64,000 bases of DNA, taken from the NCBI RefSeq assembly GCF_009834535.1, contig NC_045732.1, positions 15,438,001 to 15,502,000 on the forward strand, in the 5' to 3' direction. Of the stretch, positions 24,421 to 35,925 are shown piece by piece. A program made the position numbers and the translations under genes. The notes below the pieces were generated by a model, which was not told the origin of the DNA, searched no databases, and saw only the letters and a program-made list of their open reading frames with translations. The DNA comes from Camelus ferus (Eukaryota). Each line of letters opens with the position of its first letter. Positions within the stretch are counted from its first letter, which is position 1.

Positions 24421-24876
24421 TGAAAGAGTAGAAAACTAACAAGATGGCTGTTGAGTTGTTCCGACCTGTACTTTTAGCTAAACTGATCTTACCACTAACA
24501 CGCTCCCCCCTGTGCACCCTTTTCTTAGAATAACTTATCCTTTTATCCTAGAGGTCTTGAAAGAAGGTCATGCACTGAACCTCAAGAAAATGGGAGACCT
24601 TCCTAAATTCCTCTATAACAACAGCAAGTTCTTATCAAGATGAAAGGAAAGTAGCCCCTGCTCACACCCTGATTGTTATCACCTTCCTATTCCCATTTTT
24701 CTACAAAACCCCATGACCCTTACCCCAAGGTGGGTTCCCAGTCTTTAAGGCATTAGCTTGCCATGACTCCCTTTGCCTGGCAAAGCAATAAAGCTCTTCT
24801 TTTCTAATTCTCCCAAAACTCTGCCTCTGATTCTCAATTTGGTTATCGGGGTACAGAGGCCAGTTTTTCAGCAACA
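24421..24876 (+). mobile_element. ERV1-type solo LTR F
   Basis: TG...CA ends, 456 bp, perfect 4-bp TSD GAGG (24417-24420, 24877-24880), AATAAA at 24787-24792. Confidence 0.9.
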
Positions 24877-25364
24877 GAGGGTTGAGCTAGAGGAGCCATT
24901 GAGGCGAAATTGGTGGGACCTAGTGACAAATTGAATATTGTAGTGGATAGTGGGAGAGGAGGAGTTTTCTTGAGTTGAGGATTACTTCCAGTCATTGAGC
25001 AACTTGTTGGGTGATGGTAAGGCTCATTATCATCTTTACAATATTTAAATAATCAAGATATTCACATTAGTATAGCTTTTCCCTCCATGACCAATCTGGA
25101 ATTAATTTCAACATTTACCATCACTTTAGAAAGAGGCATTTTATGATAGAATGTAATTCTCTATATTGCCCTTATACTATTATATACCAAAATCCAATAT
25201 GTAAATATAGGATATATTTGGTAGTTTAGACTCCATTAAAATTTAATTAAATGGGCTTTAAAAAATCATAATGCCCAAAAAAATGTAGTTTGTGTCCTGA
25301 AAAGAAGTCTTAAATGAGAAGACCAAACTATTTATTATTACAGATTGTATTTGTGATATTGTGA

Positions 25365-25515
25365 TGTTGGGGAGGAAAAAGTTTTCCTCGACCCTCTTAG
25401 AGTCCCTGGATAGGTCTGAAAATTAAACTGACAAAGGGATTAACAGGAAAAAACAATAACCAAATGTATTTAATACGAGCTTTCTATTATTTGGGAAATG
25501 CCCTCATAAGGAAAC
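25365..25515 (-). mobile_element. MER34-like LTR 3' fragment G
   Basis: Reverse complement shares TTTCCTTATGA, CCTGTTAATC and GAGGGTCGAGGAAAA-type motifs with the 3' end of LTR B. Confidence 0.7.
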
Positions 25516-25843
25516 GTTACCCAATTGGTCGACCAGACCCACACCAGGGTCCTAGCCTGGGCCCCGGGCCAAGACCACTTGTCTCAGGAGACTCTTTTTC
25601 TGATTGGATTCATGCAGCCAATAATGAAACCAATGCTGAGCCTGGAACAGCATCAGCTTTATTCAATGGCCAACGATTGGAGAAGCAGGAACCTAGTGTG
25701 CAAATCAATCTTTCAACACGTTTATAGTAGAAACGCCAAATATAGAGGAGGGTCGAAGTAAAAGGGAGGAATTGGAAAGGGTGGAAAATGTTTTCTGTTT
25801 AAAGTTTTCTTGTCTTGCCATAAAATATGAATTTTATTTCACA
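25516..25843 (-). mobile_element. probable further LTR fragment H
   Basis: TTTATT at 25658-25663, TTTATA at 25721-25726, ends TTTCACA; no clean TSD, boundaries uncertain. Confidence 0.4.
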
Positions 25844-27524
25844 GTCTTGCACAGTATTGTCACACTTCCTGAACGCCATATTTTGTATTTACTGAATCAA
25901 TCATGGGGTATTTTTTAAGCACTGTGCTTGACAAAAGACATCTAAGACACAAATCCCGCCTAAAAAAGGCTTTAAATCTGGTGAAAATATTTACAAAGGT
26001 GGAAATAAAGAAGCTTCTATACAAAGAGTGTAATTAATTAAACCTTTTCTATGCCGAGGAAATATATTCACATCTAATCATAGTAGTTATTTTCGCCTTA
26101 ATTTGCCTCCATTTACCATAGCAATGGGTTGAAAAGATAGCATAGATATGTAAAAATAATCTATGATTTCAAAATGTTGTAACCAAGACTTTTCTCATGA
26201 ATCTGTTATTTTTCTAAGGCATAATCAATAAGTAACACCAAGTCGGATTTTGCTTTCTTTCTCTTGTTTAACATTTCCAGTAATGCCAAGTGACAATTCC
26301 TTTGATTCATGGACTCTTGCTTTGATCCAGAATCCTCCTGAATGCTTTATCCCTTAACTCTCCATCTAAATGTATTTTTAAGAGACTAACTTGTATGAAT
26401 GCAGCTGATTTTTTTTTTAAGTAGGATAGTTAAACATTCTGCGTGGCCACACTTATTTGGATTACACTGGAGGATTCTCTTCTAATTAAGCTCATTTCAG
26501 GTCCTACTTCCCTAGCCATCAGCAAGTAAGTGGCTTGAGTGTGATTTTTTATCATTTTTCTGGGTTTCCTATATGCTTTTCATGGCAAAAGTTAACAGCA
26601 ATTTTTTAAAAAGTGCTATTGCTGTCCTGGAGTTCGAACTGAGCAAAGACTTTAGATGTAAATATATTTTATCCATGTTGGAGCTATTTCCCATTTCACT
26701 GCCTTCAGAAATTGGAGACACTGTCTCCTCCACCCATTACTACTGAAAACATACTAAGTCATGAACTGTTTTTGCATGGACAGGGCTGCTATATGGTGGT
26801 GTGTTGTGAACCTCTGATGGGTGCATTTTTAAGTTTAGATTTAGAGTCACAATTTACTGTCTCAGTTACAACTGTGCCTCCCAAGGGTCTCTGAATGACT
26901 TTTATTTGCACAATGCATTCATAGCAATAAGCTTTTGAATTTGTAAATTTCCAGTGCCTTGAGCTCTTACCATCGGCCCTGATCATTTGCATTTTTACAG
27001 TGAACACCTGGTCTTGCAGTTGCTGGACCAGATGCTGGTCTTATAGGCTCTGGAATGGAGGGGAAGCTCACCAGCTGGCTTCAGCTTAAACCCAGACTAA
27101 CAGGAGCCTGGGACACACCGAGAAGTGGATGACTCTTGGGCAGTGTGGAAATTGACTAGCGGCAGCTATAGTGGGTTTGTTTGTTGCAGATGCTACAATC
27201 ACTGACTCTTGGTTTTCTCTGAGAAGTAGAAGATTCGCAGGAATCTTCACTGAAGTAGATAGATGACATCTAGAATTCTGTGTCCCCTCTTTTCTCTGTT
27301 TGACCATCTAGGTCCACCAAGTGTTTCCATTTCATCTTCTCTGCTCTTGCATTCCCTTTTCCTGTGACCAGCTGGGGAGCCCTTAACTGTGCCCCCCACA
27401 ACTCCCATTGTTTGGGCCTTGGGTCTAGTTCACAATAAAAGCTACTGTTTCCTGCCAGGTACTGTACTAATATTTGCAACAGTCCAATGAGATACTAACA
27501 TTTTCTCCTCTTCCCTCTTCTTTC

Positions 27525-27650
27525 TCAAGATAAGCAAGGCACAGAGAGGTTAAGTAACTTGCCCAAAGTTAAACTAGGGTAATGGGTAGCAGAGAGGGTT
27601 CAAATCCAGGCAACCTGGTTCCAGCCCCTGTGTTTTCAACCAGCAAGCCA
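27525..27650 (-). mobile_element. MIR SINE
   Basis: GGCACAGAGAGGTTAAGTAACTTGCCCAAAG ... TTCAAATCCAGGCAACCTGGTTCCAG. Confidence 0.85.
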
Positions 27651-28758
27651 TTGGTCACTCAGGTAAGCTACAGGCCATCTCTGCCCCATCCTTCCCAGTT
27701 TGGGGAAGCAGTAAAGGTACTTATTTTTGCCACTTGTAACCTCATGAGGCCTGACAAATAGACCAGCCAAAACCCATTTGCTTTTATTTCGACTTTCTTA
27801 TTCTCTGGTCGGAGAAAATAAGGAACCAGTAGGGGGTTTACTTTCAAATATTTCAGCTAAGTAAAGTTTTAGTATCTCCTGTCTATATCTCATTCAGTCC
27901 AGTGTAGGTATTTTTTCAACTGACGTTTGCTACCTTCGTAACTATTATTATAAATGGGAGTTTCCCGGGGGTGCTATTAGCTATTGTGTGGTTGTTATAG
28001 GGAAGTATTTTAAAAAGGTGGTGGGCAGTCCTGAGGAAGACAAGATAACCATGAGTTTGTTGGCAGGAAGAAGGATGCCTGATGAGGGATAGGAAACTCA
28101 GCTGTTCCATGAAGAAATTTAGGATTGTTGAAATGATTTTTCCCTGAAACTTTTGATGATTATGTAAACCACTTGCTTGTTTTGAAGTCACTGCGCTTTG
28201 GTCAAAAATGCCTATCATTTATCTCATACAGCAGTCATTGAAGAGAGCAATATATCCCCAACCAAGAGTGTCATAGAGGTTGCATCACATTTTGGGACAG
28301 GTAGAGGCCTTGAGGCTGTAAAGAAACTTCTAACCAGATGCTGGGGTGGGAAGTCAGTGTATGAGACAATTTCAGGCAAGTCTATTATCAAAGTAGAATT
28401 TACAGCCAGGCAGGCTATGAATGGATGTGAAGGCAGTAAACTTTGGCCTGAACAATCTGGATAATTGGATCTTATCTCCAGCCGTATTGTGTCAGTGGAG
28501 ACTGACAAAAACAGAGGTTATTTGTCATCAGCATTTCCTCTTTGCAACAGGACTACTAAGAGGGGCCCCTTTTCAGCCCTCTCAGGATGGCGAAGTGCCT
28601 TGAATGTCTTCTTGTCACCTCTAGCACAGCCCCCATCCATTTACTGAAACCAGGCTGAATTACTGAACTTGCTTATCAATGTTGATGAATTCGGCAGTGG
28701 AGAAGCATGCCCCTAGAACGTTACTGCTGGTGCAGTTCCATCCCAAGTGTGAAAGCAT

Positions 28759-28850
28759 GGCGGGTGGGTGTAGCTCAGCAGTACCGCACATGCTTAGCGT
28801 GCCCCCAGTACCTCCATTAAACAAACAAACAAAAACAAACAAAACAACAA
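28759..28850 (+). mobile_element. tRNA-derived camelid-type SINE with internal deletion
   Basis: GG...TAGCTCAG A-box, ATGCTTAGCGTGC, CCCCAGTACCTCCATTAAA, (AAAC)n tail; 15-bp TSD CCAA(G/A)TGTGAAAGCA at 28743 and 28851. Confidence 0.85.
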
Positions 28851-31099
28851 CCAAATGTGAAAGCACTAGTGGATTTCCATGGGGTTATGCCTTAGATCTG
28901 AAAATAAGGAGTCTTCCATAAATGACCTGGATAATGGAATAGAAGAATCACCGGTATTAAGATCCCAAATGGCCTTAAAGCAATTGTAGGGGTTGCCCAG
29001 CAGCTTGGAAATTGGGTTCAAGTTTAAAGTTACCTTGATAAGTGGCTATGATCATGAAGATCAAATAGTTAGGAGCCCAAGGCTGTCTTTCTATAAATCC
29101 ACTGATGAATTTGTGTAAAATGCTGTGGTCTGTGAAAGGCTGGCTAAGTTTAGGGTTAGAAAGATGCAGAAAGCCTGGAATCTATGTAATTTAATAAAAC
29201 ATTATTGTCTTTGTTATTTAAAAATATGTAACATGTGAATTCATTTTTACTAACATCTCTCAAGGTAATTAGCTCAATAGACTTAAAAGCTTGCTTTAAC
29301 TTCCCTGTCCCCATTTCTACCTTTTCCCACTCCCACCAGCTCTCATTGGAATATTCAAAGTACAGGTAGCCTTCTGAGTTACAGTAATAAACTGTTCCTA
29401 GCACATTCCCCCTCCACCCTCAGATCCAATAGCCATGGTATTTGGGGGTTTGTAGAATACTGTAGCCAAACCATAGACAGATATAATTTGCCATATTGTG
29501 GGAAACCTTACTAATTTTAAGATGCCTCTTGGCACCAAGAGAGTAGGCAATTTGGGTCTGCAGCCCACATCAAAGAGATCAACTTATTCAAAAGTGTATC
29601 TCAAGGCTCTTCTCTGTTTCCCTGTCAACTCAGTATTCTTTACCCCTCCTGTCACCATAACAACCTTCATCCCATAATAAGCAGTGATTATCAGGAGAGG
29701 CTAAAGAAGAAAGCTTTTCCTGGTGTCTTTTTTTTTTTCTCTTCCTGGGGCCCATCTGGTGATCTGATCTTCTTGCCGGCTCTTTGCACTTTGTAATAGA
29801 GATGATCGCATCCATTAGACTTGACTTCCCAGATGGAGTCTGATGCTGCCATGCTGTGTGCAACCTTTTTGATCATTTCTGTCTCTCTGTTGCTGAGCAT
29901 CCACATATCATGATCAGGATAAATGCCCAATCACACTGGCTACCTAGGAAACAGGGGAGAAGGGCTTGGTGTCGGCACAGACAATGTCCCAATCACAAAA
30001 ATTAACTAATCACGCTCTAAGCAGATGAGCTGCAGGATGTCACTGTTCTTCATAGATAGGAGCTAGACAAGAACCACCAGGGGAACAGAAAGAGTAGGTG
30101 TCAGGAGTAAAATTTCTGCTGACTGCAAATCTCTGCCACTTTGGCTGGGTGAAATGATTTTTCCCGGAAGGTTTCGGTGATTGCCTAAAGCAGTTGCTAG
30201 TTTTGCTAATGTGGTTTGACCTCACTGGGGCTCTCATCACAAATGCCTGTTATTTATCTCATACTACACACAGCTGAGGCAGAGAATTTATTCGCAGCCA
30301 AGAACTCATAGAAATTGGATAATCATCCTTCGGTTCAATCCAATTCTGTTTGATTGTCCCCTAGTTTAAGCCTCCCCTACAAATAAATATAGTATTGATC
30401 TGGTGGTCAGGATGTGTAATTGGCAATTGTTCTTGCCCTCTTCCAGATCATTTGTGTGTCTCACATGGTTTATAATGGCTGAATTTGTCAGGGGTTTTTC
30501 CACTCGGCTTCCTAGATTTCTGCAGGTCATGATCTGATCCCCAGTGTTTATTTCCTCTCTTTCTGGAATCTTGAGTCATTGACTGCGTCTTAGCCATGGA
30601 CCGGCCTGCCGTTCTTACTCCAAAATCGGACTCTGACTCGCTGCCTGACATGCAGGTTTTGTCAGGGCCAAGGAAACAAGCCTCCTCACTTGCAGCAAAG
30701 CTTTTTGAGTGAAGATCCCATATGACACATTGTCTATGACCTAGCCATTTCCTATAGCAGATTATTGTCTGGTTATTATTCCTAGAACATGACTCAGGAG
30801 TTATTACAGTATTATAATTGTCTTACTTAGGTAGAAACATATGTATATATAAAAGTTAACAATGTAAAGTATCAGTATAGAGTGTGAGCTGGTCACTGGC
30901 AGGGTCTGTATCTCAAATATGTATATTCTAGCCCCTCAAAGAGTAAGTAAGTACCAGCTCATAGTTGGAATTCAATAAATACTTTCATTTTAATGGATAA
31001 ACAAGTGATGAAATAAAAGAATGAATGACTTTGCACTAGATTTTTCCACATTAGTGCGTGCCTAGTAACTTAAAGAACATTTTAATTGTCTTCCCAACA

Positions 31100-31670
31100 T
31101 TGGTTCCACCTTGCCGTGTGGGAAATAGTAGTAATGCATTTGGTACAGGGGTTGGAGCTGCCCCACCTCTAGGGTGAATTCCTGAGTGATCTAGGCCTAT
31201 TATCCCGTTGTTAGGTACCACAAAGGACACACTATTTTAGGTACCATTAAGGAAAAATGAGGAAAAACCCTGACTGCTATGCATCAATTTTAAGATGTAT
31301 TTTTCCTTCAGAGACGTTACAGTATGAAAAACATGCATCTCACAATGGATCCAATGAGGAGTTGGTTCAATCAGACTGAAGCTCAGGACTTGTATTTGAT
31401 AGTTTGGGGGAGAGGAGGACCTCCTCTCAAGTGCAAATGAGGAAGTAAGTAGGTCCGAGAGTCTCTAGCTATCAACATCCTAGGACTCTGAGAGGAACTG
31501 GCCCCAGATGTGGCCTACAGTTTCAATGACAGTGTGAAATGCTGAAAAGAAACTGGATTCTTGACCCTGTCCTGCCTCTTCAGTTATGTGGATGAATATA
31601 TTCCCTTTATTACTTAAGCCAGTCCCAGTTTTATTTTTTAAATTTGGAACCTAAAGCTTCCTGAGAATGA
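31100..31670 (+). mobile_element. old MaLR/ERVL LTR remnant
   Basis: 3' part TTCAGTTATGTGGATGAATATATTCCCTTTATTACTTAAGCCAGT...TGGAACCTAAAGC resembles MLT1 ends; 5' boundary uncertain. Confidence 0.4.
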
Positions 31671-31981
31671 CTTTTAATAAAGGATGCTGGGTTCAGAGGG
31701 GACAGACCATATACTAGCAGCAATTAGAATGGTAGGGAAAGAAATCCAAACCATAGCACTGTATAGAATGTGAATGAAAGAACCACTTGTAGGAGGAGTA
31801 AAATGTCCCTTCTGTGTTCTCACTTCAGCTAGATTCTTGGATCATAATTAGTTCCTGCACTCAAGTCCACTTGGAGGACTTTTCATTGGAATTCCAGAGG
31901 AGTCTTCCAGGAAAAGTTTCTGAGAAAATAAACTGGAATTGTGTGGTTTGGAAACAAAACAAAAGTAGTTACAGAGAGGCA

Positions 31982-32208
31982 GGCTAGTCTTGTGGAAAGC
32001 TTCCAACCAGAGTCAGATGCCTGAGTTCGAATCTTGGCTTTGTCGCTCCCTCCTAAGACCTCAGGCACATTGCTTCTCCCTGTCTTCTTTCCTCATTTGT
32101 CAGATGGGACTGATAGAGTGCCTACCCTTTGCATCTTTAACAGAATTAAGTGAGATTGATTCCCATAAAGCACAGAGTGAATGCCTTACAAACGCTAGTC
32201 ATTAATAT
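31982..32208 (+). mobile_element. MIR SINE
   Basis: AGAGTCAGATGCCTGAGTTCGAATCTTGGCT ... TTTCCTCATTTGTCAGATGGG ... GAATTAAGTGAGAT. Confidence 0.8.
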
Positions 32209-32849
32209 TGAAAAAATTTAGAAATCCTTTTCAAGTATATGCTGTGTCCAGACGACAATAATCAGGTGGCCTTATAAGTATGTAAGAATAAATTAGTTTA
32301 ATACTAAAGTTCAAAGATTTAGGTTGATAAAGGGAGGGGGGGGACTTTTCAGCCAGTAAAAGCTGCCAGACCTCAAGATAGACAATAGACAAATAAGATT
32401 CTTATCTGTCTAGATTCAGTCAAGTCCTCTCTGAAGTTGGCCCAGCGTAACTTTCTGAAATGAAAGCTTGGCTTTGCCTCCCTCCCCCATGGGCTCATGT
32501 CTTTGGGGTTCTTTTATTCTTTCCGAAGCAGAATTCAGGAACTTTATTTTTGCTTGATCACCCAGTAACCTCCACTTCAGTGCCTCTTTCTAATTCACAC
32601 TTTTTCTGTCCTTTCTCCTCCCTTTGTTGAAAGAAACAACTTGTGTCCATTAATTCAGGCTCTCATCCATAGCTAGGAATAAATAAATCATTGTTATGTT
32701 TGAAAACATTTGGTTTTGCTTAAATGTATTCAGTAAAATGTGATATTTCAAAGAAAAGGGCTATGGTTTGAATTGGAGACAGGGCTACCTAATGCGTGTA
32801 CTGCTTCAGGAGGAGGCCAGGTATAAATCCAGCTCCACGTGGTAGATCT

Positions 32850-32998
32850 AGGGCTTCACTGCTCAGATCATGGGCCTTGTTGTAGCCAGGGCATCACCTG
32901 GGAGCCTGTTAGAAACACGCCCTCCTCCCGACCTCCTGAACCAGAATCTGCATTTAAAAAGTACCTCCAGTGATCATGAAAGTTGGAAAAGCACTGCT
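32850..32998 (+). mobile_element. MER5A-type hAT MITE
   Basis: GCATCACCTGGGAGCCTGTTAGAAA, GAACCAGAATCTGCATTT, AAAGTTGGAAAAGCACTG. Confidence 0.8.
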
Positions 32999-34630
32999 TC
33001 ACCAGGGCATATCTGGACTGTAAAGTTTATCTTCTGATTGGAAGAAGGCCTCTGTGTGATTTTATGTTGATAAAGGTTCATTGTTTGCTTTCTCTATCTT
33101 TTGTATTATCCTCCTTTGTCACTAAGAGAGAAGGCTCACCACTTCCTAACAAAGAACCTGGACTGAGAGAGACCCTCTGGTGATAAGGAATGCTCTAGAA
33201 CACCAGGGAATAGGCAATAAAACTTGTCTGCTACCAAAGAAAGCACAAAGGCCATAAGGATGGCAGTTAATGAATGCTACTCAAGTCTTGAGGAGAATCA
33301 GGATTCAGTCCAGCAGCAATTGACAGTGATCAAAGATTCCTCTGCACTCTGAGATGAATGAGAGTTGGGCATGACAGGCCCTGGGCACTGCTCAAGGGGG
33401 TGGGCATGCAGCCGGATCCCAGGAGCATCTGGGAGCTGGGAATCAGGCTTGAACTAGAGATCTGGCGTGAGCAGTTTGAAGTGGAACGCAGGTCCGCACT
33501 AAAGTGAAAAGCTTGCAGAGAGAAAAGGTCAAAGTCAAGAGACAGAGGTGCAGGCAGCCTCAGAAAGAGCAAAGGGAAAGGTTAAATGCCCAAAGCAATC
33601 ATCAGAAGCCAGAAGATCCCCGGGAATTGAAGAGGTAGGAAAAGTCCCGTGGGAGATAGTGGGCAGCAGCCCTCTAGCAGCTTTGCAAATGAGCATCTGT
33701 TTCTCAGCCAGCGATACGCTGTTGGTAAGTGCAGGCTATCAAGCCCTGTGTGTGGTTCTCCAGGAATCTAGGTTATTATTAAACAGAAGCTCCTGGCTGG
33801 AATGAGGAGAGAGGGTCCTGGAGAGGCTGCTGTTGACCGGGAGCTGTTGACCCAGGCTGACCTCTGTGGTGTAGGTGGCCACGGGGCGAGGCTGGGTGGG
33901 AAAGATGCAGTCCATGAGGTCAGAAAAGCTGGAGCAGGAAAGGTTAATGGAGGAGCAGAGTTCCTGCAGGGTTATTGTGGGTGAAGGAAAATCATAGAAG
34001 GAGGTCAGCTCGGGTGGAAAAAGTGAGAGGAGTCAGGCCAGTGAGGCTGATGGCCTGGGATGCTGAGATCTGACTGTTGGTTCTCTGCTCTTTCACAGAA
34101 TCTCATGGGGATGGATGACCCTGAGTGTAAATCACATCACAAAGGAGGGCAGAGGCTTGCAGAGACCAAGAGCAGATAAATCAGTGAGGCCTGTGCCTTG
34201 GTTTAGTATTTTCAGTTAAAGTCTTCATCCAAAAAAGGTGACACCATTTTGAATATAGGACAAAGCGTGCTATCGAGAAAATTTGCCAGCATTTCAGTCA
34301 GACACACTGGGGCTTTGGAAAATCATCTTTCAGCTTTAGTTTCCGTTGCCATAACATTGAGAAAATGCTACCTCCTTTGCAGGCAAACATGTAGAACAGT
34401 GAACTCAGTAACGCCAAACATGCAGAGGGAGCCTGAGAAGATCCAAGTAAATAACTGTCGGGGAGTTGGCCTGACTTTCTACCTCCTCTGGCCTCTTTAT
34501 GAACATTTCATTCTTCTTTTTGTGTTTTGGGGTGCTAAATTTTTTTGGTATTCACTGCACAAAGAAGATTCTATTTCTGGTGGGTAATGGATGAGGACAA
34601 ATGTAACTCGTAGTTAAAAATATAATTGAT

Positions 34631-34789
34631 GGCGGGGAGGGAATAGTTCAATGGTAGAGCACGTGCTTAGCATGCACAAGGTCCTGGGTTCAACCCCCCA
34701 GTACCTCCATTAAAAATAAATAAATAAATCTAATCCCCTCTAAAAATAAAGACAAACAAACCAAAAAAAAAAAAACCTGAAAAAAATAT
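34631..34789 (+). mobile_element. tRNA-derived camelid-type (Vic-1-like) SINE
   Basis: A-box TAGTTCAATGG, B-box GGTTCAACC, body CCCCAGTACCTCCATTAAAAATAAATAAATAAA, A-rich tail; TSD-like ATATAAT(T/G)GAT. Confidence 0.9.
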
Positions 34790-35733
34790 ATATAATGGAT
34801 AGAGAGAAAGTTGAACGCTACCTAGAAGCTGTGCACAGCACAACCCTAGGAAGAGCTCTCACCTCCTGCCGGCTTCCTTGCCCATGTGCAGAGAGCTGGG
34901 GGGAAAGTAAGTCTCTTTGGTGCTAGCTCTGAAAATCCATGTCTATAAATGCAACCCAATGCCTCAGCTTGAATCAAGGAGCTGCAATTTACTTGATAAA
35001 TTATGGGGAGTTAGTGGTGGGCCTAGGTAAGTACCCTGCCCTCTCCAGACGTGACATTTGCATTTTACCAGGGATCTCCAGAGAAAAATGCCACCCTTCA
35101 AAGCAGTGACTCTTAAACACTGGGAAGTGTTGACCCGGTGGCAGAGCCGTGGGAGAGCAGTTTGAGGACAGGGAGACTTTTTGATATTCCTGTCCTTCGT
35201 GCTCCTGGCATTCCTGCTCGGTGAGCCTCTCCTGCCAGATTAATCCTAAACTTCCCTGATGTTGAGGTGGGGAGTAGATTCTTCTCAAGCTGTTCCCTGG
35301 CCTGGGATTTTTTTGGTTCTGCAGCAGAGGTATTTGAATAATCTATAGCTTACCACACAAAAAATTGAATGACAAATTCTTCTTGAAAAAGTAAGGAACA
35401 AAAAGAGGAGGGCCTTCTGGCCTTTTGATAGTGAATCATGCCATAAAAGATAAAAGTATTCCCTCTAAAAGCTATTTTTTTTCTTTAAAAAAATCATGCA
35501 GCCTTGATCTGCTGCTGTCTTTTTCTTTTTTCCTTTTTAAAAACAACTTTTAAAACACAACACTCTTGACTACACATCCATTTTCAGGTAAGCTGTGGCC
35601 TTGATCAGTGAACCAATTTTTATTTAAATGGAAAGGAAAACCTACTTTCTGGCAAGGGCATCAATCTGGTTGACCCTTTGAATGTGTTTATTACAACTGT
35701 CAAAGGAATTGGAAGACATAGCTTTAAATATTA

Positions 35734-35925
35734 GATCAATTGATCGAGTATAATGTGATTCCTCACATCACGCACTTCCGTTGTGTATTAGACAAGCCCG
35801 TCACTATTCAAGATGCTGCCTACTGAGAATTACCCATGACTAGCCACTTTAAGAGATTAACCTTGCTCAAAAAGACCCGGAACGGCTGTGATTCAGCGTC
35901 TTCATTAGACCCAGTTACTTCCTCC
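35734..35925. promoter_or_regulatory. candidate enhancer (ETS motifs, palindrome, CpG retention)
   Basis: GATCAATTGATC palindrome, three ETS-type cores, 7 CpGs in ~155 bp; motif evidence only. Confidence 0.3.

Noticed and set aside
33780-34070. Calling the purine-rich tract an antisense L2
   Set aside because: Composition fits, but I could not match diagnostic L2 motifs, so it is left unassigned.
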